A stretch of 64,000 nucleotides of DNA from an uncultured delta proteobacterium. GTDB taxonomy: Bacteria > Desulfobacterota > Desulfobacteria > Desulfobacterales > UBA11574. Made by a program: the position numbers and the translations under genes. Numbering within the stretch: the first letter of the stretch is position 1; each line of letters begins with the position of its first letter. Under the pieces are notes generated by a model. That model made no database searches. It was given only the letters and a program-made list of their open reading frames with translations, and had not been told where the DNA came from. The stretch covers positions 542,560 to 606,559 of the forward strand of contig CAVVZC010000003.1 in NCBI GenBank assembly GCA_963752565.1, written 5' to 3'. Below, piece by piece: positions 59,293 to 64,000 of the stretch.

Positions 59293-60620
59293 CAGAATTA
59301 CACCGAGCGGGTCCTTTGTTTACAGATCTTTACGAATTGACCATGGCGGCCAGTTATTTTGCTCATCAGGTATTTGATACGGCAACATTTTCCCTGTACA
59401 TCCGAGACCTTTATGCCACACGCAATTATTTTGTGGCTGCAGGTCTCGAGCAGGTATTGGATGAACTCGCAGCGTTCCAATTTTCTGACCAGGATATAAG
59501 CTACCTAAAAAGTACCGGTCGTTTTTCGGAACAATTCCTTAATTACCTAAGGCAACTCCGATTTACCGGTGAGGTTTATGCTATGCCTGAAGGCACGATC
59601 TTTTTTGCCAATGAGCCGGTAATGGAAGTGACGGCGCCGATCATTGAAGCCCAACTTATTGAAACTTTTGTGTTGAACACCATCGGGTTTCAGACCATGA
59701 TCGCGTCCAAAGCGGCCCGATGTTTTCATGCCGCTGACGGCCGTCCCTTGATTGACTTCTCTCTGCGAAGAACTCAGGGCCAAGATGCCGGAATCAAAGT
59801 GGCTCGCAGCATGTTTATCGCCGGATTTGCGGCGACCAGCAATGTCCTGGCCGGAAAAATATACGGTATCCCCATCTCCGGAACCATGGCCCATTCTTAT
59901 GTTTCGGCCTTTGACAATGAACTTGATGCCTTCTTTGCGTATGCAGATACATTTCCTGATCATTCAATATTTCTCATCGACACCTATGATAGTATTGAGG
60001 GTGCGCGACATGCCGCCACCGTCGCCAAAGAAATGCAAAATAAGGGGCATGCACTCATCGGGGTTCGCCTTGACAGCGGAGATATGGCGGGCCTCAGTCG
60101 AGAAGTCCGTAAAATATTTGATGATGCCGGCCTATTGAAAGTTAAGATTTTTGCCAGCAGCGGGTTTGATGAGTTTAAAATCACCAAGGTTATTTCGGAA
60201 GGTGCCACCATCGATGCATTTGGGGTGGGCACCAAAGTCGGGGTTTCCGCAGACGCCCCTTTTGTTGATATTGTCTACAAGATGGTCCGGTTTAAAGGGC
60301 GCGACGTTAAAAAACTGAGCCCTGGCAAAGTAACCCTGGCCGGTGAAAAGCAGGTCTTTAGAAAGTCGGATCAAAACGGACGTTATTTGGAGGATACCAT
60401 CGGCCAAAGAGACGAAATAATAGCTGAAGGGAAACCCTTGCTGGAAAAAGTTATGGAAAACGGACAGTTATTGAGCCGGCATCCTCAGCTTCAAGTGCTT
60501 CAGGAAAAGTTCAAAGAAAACTTTGCCGCATTAGATGACGGATACAAGTCGATTCAGGTTCATAAAGCCTATCCTGTCAAACTCAGCACTCGCCTGGAGA
60601 ACTTGCAGGAAAGGGTTTAA
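59289..60620 (+). CDS. pncB: Nicotinate phosphoribosyltransferase
   Basis: 443 aa. LFTDLYELTMA, DFSLRRTQG, ISGTMAHSYV, GVRLDSGD, FGVGT. Confidence 0.85.
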   Translation: MTELHRAGPLFTDLYELTMAASYFAHQVFDTATFSLYIRDLYATRNYFVAAGLEQVLDELAAFQFSDQDISYLKSTGRFSEQFLNYLRQLRFTGEVYAMPEGTIFFANEPVMEVTAPIIEAQLIETFVLNTIGFQTMIASKAARCFHAADGRPLIDFSLRRTQGQDAGIKVARSMFIAGFAATSNVLAGKIYGIPISGTMAHSYVSAFDNELDAFFAYADTFPDHSIFLIDTYDSIEGARHAATVAKEMQNKGHALIGVRLDSGDMAGLSREVRKIFDDAGLLKVKIFASSGFDEFKITKVISEGATIDAFGVGTKVGVSADAPFVDIVYKMVRFKGRDVKKLSPGKVTLAGEKQVFRKSDQNGRYLEDTIGQRDEIIAEGKPLLEKVMENGQLLSRHPQLQVLQEKFKENFAALDDGYKSIQVHKAYPVKLSTRLENLQERV

Positions 60621-60701
60621 CCCGAAATCCACACACCTCTTCCGGTGGATTGAAATTGCTATTTTAAAACCCATGCCCTCTGATTAAGTCGGAAATTGTG
60701 C

Positions 60702-60730
60702 TTGACACCCAATGGCCGTTTATCTATTGT
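60702..60730 (+). promoter_or_regulatory. Candidate sigma-70 promoter for the liv operon (TTGACA-N17-TATTGT)
   Basis: Perfect -35 hexamer, 17-nt spacer, -10-like TATTGT, ~90 nt upstream of 60822. Confidence 0.35.
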
Positions 60731-60821
60731 TTTTACCACAAAAAGCGAGAGTTTTTCATTAATAACCATGATTTTTTGGGTTATTGTGACACATTAACAC
60801 TTAAGGAAGGGAGGAATCGTT

Positions 60822-61961
60822 ATGAAGAATAAGCAATCTCTTTTGTTTGTGGGTCTGGTCCTGGCTCTGGCATTGGTCTTCGGCATGACCACTACCGCCA
60901 TGGCCGAAAACATAAGGATCGGCGTCGCGTCCCCTTATACGGGCAATTTGGCTGCATACGGTGATAATATCAAGGCCGGTGTTAACCTGAAACTTAAAGA
61001 GATCAATGATGCCGGTGGCATCAACGGTCAGAAGGTCGAACTTGTCTGGGGTGACGATCTTTGCCAACCTAAAGACGCCGGTACGGTGGGTTCTAAATTC
61101 GCAGCGGACAAAAGCATCGTGGCAGTCATTGGCCACCTGTGCTCGTCAGCTACTCTCGCTGCTATGCCTATCTACGTCCGGGCAGGGCTCCCCGCCATAT
61201 CTCCCACCTCTACCAATCCGACCATTGGCGATGTGGGCAAAGGCTGGTTCTTTCGGAATTGCTACACAGACGACTTTCAGGGCAAGTATCTGGCCTCGTA
61301 TGTCGTGCCAAAGTTGATGGGCAAGAAGAAGGTAGCCATCTTCTATGAGAACAACGACTATGCCATCGGCCTCAAAGACTCCTTCGTGAAAGGAGCCAAG
61401 AACGCCGGTGTGACTGTGACCGGCGCCGAGGCTTATACGACAGGGACGACCGACTTCACGCCTCAGCTGACCAAGCTTTTGAGAGATAAGCCTGAAACGA
61501 TCTTCCTGTGCGGTTACCATCCGGAGGGTGCCCTGATCGCCGGCCAAAGCCGTAAGCTAGGCTTCACGGGTCCGCTTTTCGGTGCTGACGGCATTGATAA
61601 CGAAGACTACATTAAAATCGGCGGCAAGGCAGCCGAAAACACTTACTTGACAGTGCCCTTCCTGGCAGCGTCGGCAGGCCCGGCAGGCAAGGACTTCGCC
61701 AAACGGTTCAAAAAGGCCTATGACCGTGATGTGGACTGGATGAGCGCCAATGCCTATGACTGCCTGGGTATCCTGGCCCAGGTCATTGCCAAAACCGGTC
61801 CTGACCGGAAAAAAATTCGTGACGGCCTGGCCGCGCTCAACTCAGAGGCCAATGGTTACAAGGGTATCACCGGTATGACCTACTTTGACAAGAAGGGCGA
61901 TGTTTCCAAACCCGCCTTCGTTAAACTGGTTAAGAATGGCAAGTTCGTAGCGGCCGAGTAA
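60822..61961 (+). CDS. livK: Branched-chain amino acid ABC transporter substrate-binding protein
   Basis: 379 aa. Signal peptide; IRIGVASPYTGNLAAYG, VIGHLCSSAT, FYENNDYAIG. RBS gggagg. Confidence 0.8.
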   Translation: MKNKQSLLFVGLVLALALVFGMTTTAMAENIRIGVASPYTGNLAAYGDNIKAGVNLKLKEINDAGGINGQKVELVWGDDLCQPKDAGTVGSKFAADKSIVAVIGHLCSSATLAAMPIYVRAGLPAISPTSTNPTIGDVGKGWFFRNCYTDDFQGKYLASYVVPKLMGKKKVAIFYENNDYAIGLKDSFVKGAKNAGVTVTGAEAYTTGTTDFTPQLTKLLRDKPETIFLCGYHPEGALIAGQSRKLGFTGPLFGADGIDNEDYIKIGGKAAENTYLTVPFLAASAGPAGKDFAKRFKKAYDRDVDWMSANAYDCLGILAQVIAKTGPDRKKIRDGLAALNSEANGYKGITGMTYFDKKGDVSKPAFVKLVKNGKFVAAE

Positions 61962-61991
61962 TTGATAAAATAACTGAATAAACTAATACGG

Positions 61992-62021
61992 GCGCCGGAA
62001 CTTTCGGGTTTCGGCGCTTTT
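61992..62021 (+). terminator. Intra-operon hairpin + T-run between livK and livH (partial terminator/attenuator)
   Basis: gcgccggaa / ttccggcgc-like 9-bp stem (one G-U pair), followed by tttt. Confidence 0.5.
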
Positions 62022-62042
62022 CGATGTGTAAATGGGAGGCAC

Positions 62043-62939
62043 TTGTTTTTACAGCAGCTTGTAAACGGCCTGACCATAGGTGGAATATATGCCATGATCG
62101 CAGTGGGTTACACCATGATCTATGGCGTTATCCTGCTCATCAATTTCGCCCACGGCGAAATCTACATGCTGGGCGCATTTTTCGCCGTTACTTTCATCAG
62201 TCTCCTGGGTCTGCCCTTTTACGTTGCTTTTTTTTTGTCAATGGCCTGCTGCTCAATCTGCGGCGTGTTGTTGGACATCGTCGCCTATCGCCCATTGAGA
62301 CAATCACCCCGTCTGGCCGCGCTGATTACGGCCATCGGAATGTCGATCTTCCTTCAAAACCTGGCCATGGTCATCTGGGGTTCCCGGCCCAAGCCATTCC
62401 CTAATGAGGCACTCCCTGCCTATTTTGAGAAAACGGCCGTCAGCTTTGGCGGAGTCAATCTCTCCTGGTTTCATCTCTTTATTTTTGGCGTAACCATTGT
62501 CATGATGGTTGGTCTCAACCTTATCATCAAAAAAACCAGATGGGGCAAGGCAATGCGGGCCGTGGCCCAGAATCAAACCATGGCTGCTCTGACCGGGATA
62601 AACGTCAACAGGGTAATCTCCTATACATTCGCCCTGGCCGGAGCCTTAGGCGGGGCCGCGGGCATCATGGTGGCTGCTTTCTATAACTCGCTGTATCCAA
62701 CTATGGGGTATATTGCCGGGGTCAAGGCATTTGCCGCTGCCGTGCTGGGCGGCATTGGTTCGGTGCCCGGTGCCATGTTAGGCGGGGTTGTGTTAGGTTT
62801 AGCCGAAGCCTTTGGAGCGGGATATTTAAGCTCGCTCTACCGGGACGGCATCTCCTACGCCGTCATGATCATCGTCATCATCTTTATACCTGCGGGCTTA
62901 TTCGGCAGGGTTCTCAAGGAAACCAAAAAGAGTATGTGA
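62043..62939 (+). CDS. livH: Branched-chain amino acid ABC transporter permease (LivH-like)
   Basis: 298 aa, TTG start. LQQLVNGLTIGGIYAMIAVGYTMIYG, INFAHGE. Confidence 0.85.
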   Translation: MFLQQLVNGLTIGGIYAMIAVGYTMIYGVILLINFAHGEIYMLGAFFAVTFISLLGLPFYVAFFLSMACCSICGVLLDIVAYRPLRQSPRLAALITAIGMSIFLQNLAMVIWGSRPKPFPNEALPAYFEKTAVSFGGVNLSWFHLFIFGVTIVMMVGLNLIIKKTRWGKAMRAVAQNQTMAALTGINVNRVISYTFALAGALGGAAGIMVAAFYNSLYPTMGYIAGVKAFAAAVLGGIGSVPGAMLGGVVLGLAEAFGAGYLSSLYRDGISYAVMIIVIIFIPAGLFGRVLKETKKSM

Positions 62940-62940
62940 G

Positions 62941-63990
62941 ATGGGTAATTTGATATTACAGAACTTGACCCGCGGTGCTAAAATAAGAATCGGCCTGTTG
63001 ATTCTTGCCTTGATCCTGCCATTTTTCCCCTTTGTAACGGATTACATGCTCCATATTGCTATCCTCATTTTTCTCTACATGATTCTGGCCTTAGGGTTAA
63101 ACATCGTGCCCGGCTTCAACGGACTACTGGACTTGGGCTACGTCGGGTTTTACGGCATCGGGGCCTACACTTCGGGGCTCCTTACCTATCACTTTGGCCT
63201 TTCATACTGGGTGATTATCCCCTTAGCCTTCATCAATGGGGCCATCTGGGGCATTCTACTGGGCGCCCCAACGCTCAGGCTCACCGGCGATTACTTTGCC
63301 ATTGTGACCTTCGGCTTTTCAGAACTGGTGGTACTCTTTCTGACCAACGAGATCTGGCTCACCCGGGGGCCACTTGGCCTGCCCGGCATTGATGTGGTAT
63401 CGATCGATCTCACGCTTTTTGGCGTCCCTAAATGGGAGTTTGTGGGGGAGTTGCCGTACTATTATCTTGCCATCGTCATGGTCCTGGTGACTGTCTTTGT
63501 CATGTACCGCATCCAGGACTCCCGTCTGGGAAGGGCCTGGTTTGCCATTCGCGATGACGAGGTAGCCGCCGTCTCCTGCGGTATCAACCTGCTGGCCTAT
63601 AAGGTCATCGCCTTTGCCATCAGCGCCGCCTTCGGCGCAGTGGGCGGCAGCTTCTTTGCAAGATGGGTGACCTTCCTGTCACCGGATATGTTTAAGTTCT
63701 GGGAATCCTTTTTGATATTGTGCATGATCGTGCTCGGTGGCCTGGGCAATATATGGGGTGTGATGATCGGAGCCATAGTACTGGTTTCGCTTAGCGAAGT
63801 ACTTCGTGAACTGCTTCCCCTTTTAGGTCTCCCGGTGGAGGTCCGTTTTTTGGCTTTTGGTCTTATTATGGTTCTTATGATGCGCTATCGCCCGGCAGGC
63901 ATGATGCCCATCCCGGCGGTAGCCGCTAAAATGCGAGCAGGCCGGGTCAAAAGAAAGAAAGTTAAGGCTACTGTAGGCATGAAACAATGA
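62941..63990 (+). CDS. livM: Branched-chain amino acid ABC transporter permease (LivM-like)
   Basis: 349 aa. LNIVPGFNGLLDLGYVGFYGIGAY, LRLTGDYFAIVTFGF, RAWFAIRDDE. Confidence 0.85.
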   Translation: MGNLILQNLTRGAKIRIGLLILALILPFFPFVTDYMLHIAILIFLYMILALGLNIVPGFNGLLDLGYVGFYGIGAYTSGLLTYHFGLSYWVIIPLAFINGAIWGILLGAPTLRLTGDYFAIVTFGFSELVVLFLTNEIWLTRGPLGLPGIDVVSIDLTLFGVPKWEFVGELPYYYLAIVMVLVTVFVMYRIQDSRLGRAWFAIRDDEVAAVSCGINLLAYKVIAFAISAAFGAVGGSFFARWVTFLSPDMFKFWESFLILCMIVLGGLGNIWGVMIGAIVLVSLSEVLRELLPLLGLPVEVRFLAFGLIMVLMMRYRPAGMMPIPAVAAKMRAGRVKRKKVKATVGMKQ

Positions 63991-64000
63991 CACCGATTTT
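63987..64000 (+). CDS. First codons of the next gene (expected LivG-type ATPase); truncated by the window end
   Basis: ATG overlaps the livM stop (ATGA). Only MTPI is visible, so the identity rests on operon context alone. Confidence 0.25.

Overview
This 64-kb window looks like a chromosomal, mostly housekeeping segment of a Gram-negative bacterium. It encodes an outer-membrane porin, AsmA and a HlyD-type adaptor. The protein flavour is reminiscent of anaerobic Desulfobacterota, but that is inference only. I call about 60 coding features.

Gene order: gyrB (5' fragment) and dnaN; an extremely AT-rich spacer; a large EndoQ-like nuclease::UvrD-helicase fusion; porin; cfa; aldehyde dehydrogenase; DUF4126; PilZ; a relic MFS pseudogene; YkgJ-type Cys-cluster protein; nfi; an RdgC-like gene split by one in-frame TAG; EEP nuclease; rplM-rpsI; enoyl-CoA hydratase; a five-gene Opp/Dpp operon in which four genes carry lesions; a visibly GC-rich YbhGFSR-like efflux cluster; a cNMP-binding+PilZ protein; a gene-poor stretch; lysC; TatD. 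Then come a HAD-IIB / beta-PGM::GH65 / PRK-like kinase cluster; AsmA flanked by palindromic repeats; SIMPL; DUF362; MFS; a frameshifted HD-GYP; a second YkgJ; ndk; trmJ; FAH; leuDC; lepA; REC-GGDEF; znuABC; pncAB; and livKHM plus the first codons of the next gene.

I recognised no rRNA, tRNA, CRISPR array, transposase, integrase or phage genes.

Most noteworthy:
- the EndoQ::UvrD fusion
- the RdgC homologue split by an in-frame amber codon
- a phosphorylase-based sugar(-phosphate) cluster
- a ~170-nt element bounded by inverted repeats that could be a structured sRNA
- a ~100-nt palindromic repeat family
- a 209-bp insertion and a four-helix-bundle gene remnant inside the decayed opp operon
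- an unusual density of single-nucleotide frameshifts, which could equally be sequencing artefacts

All function calls rest on motif recognition by eye. Coordinates of hand-located non-ORF features are approximate (about +/-2 nt). In one place (near 58500) my manual count disagreed with the ORF track by 1 nt, and I deferred to the track.
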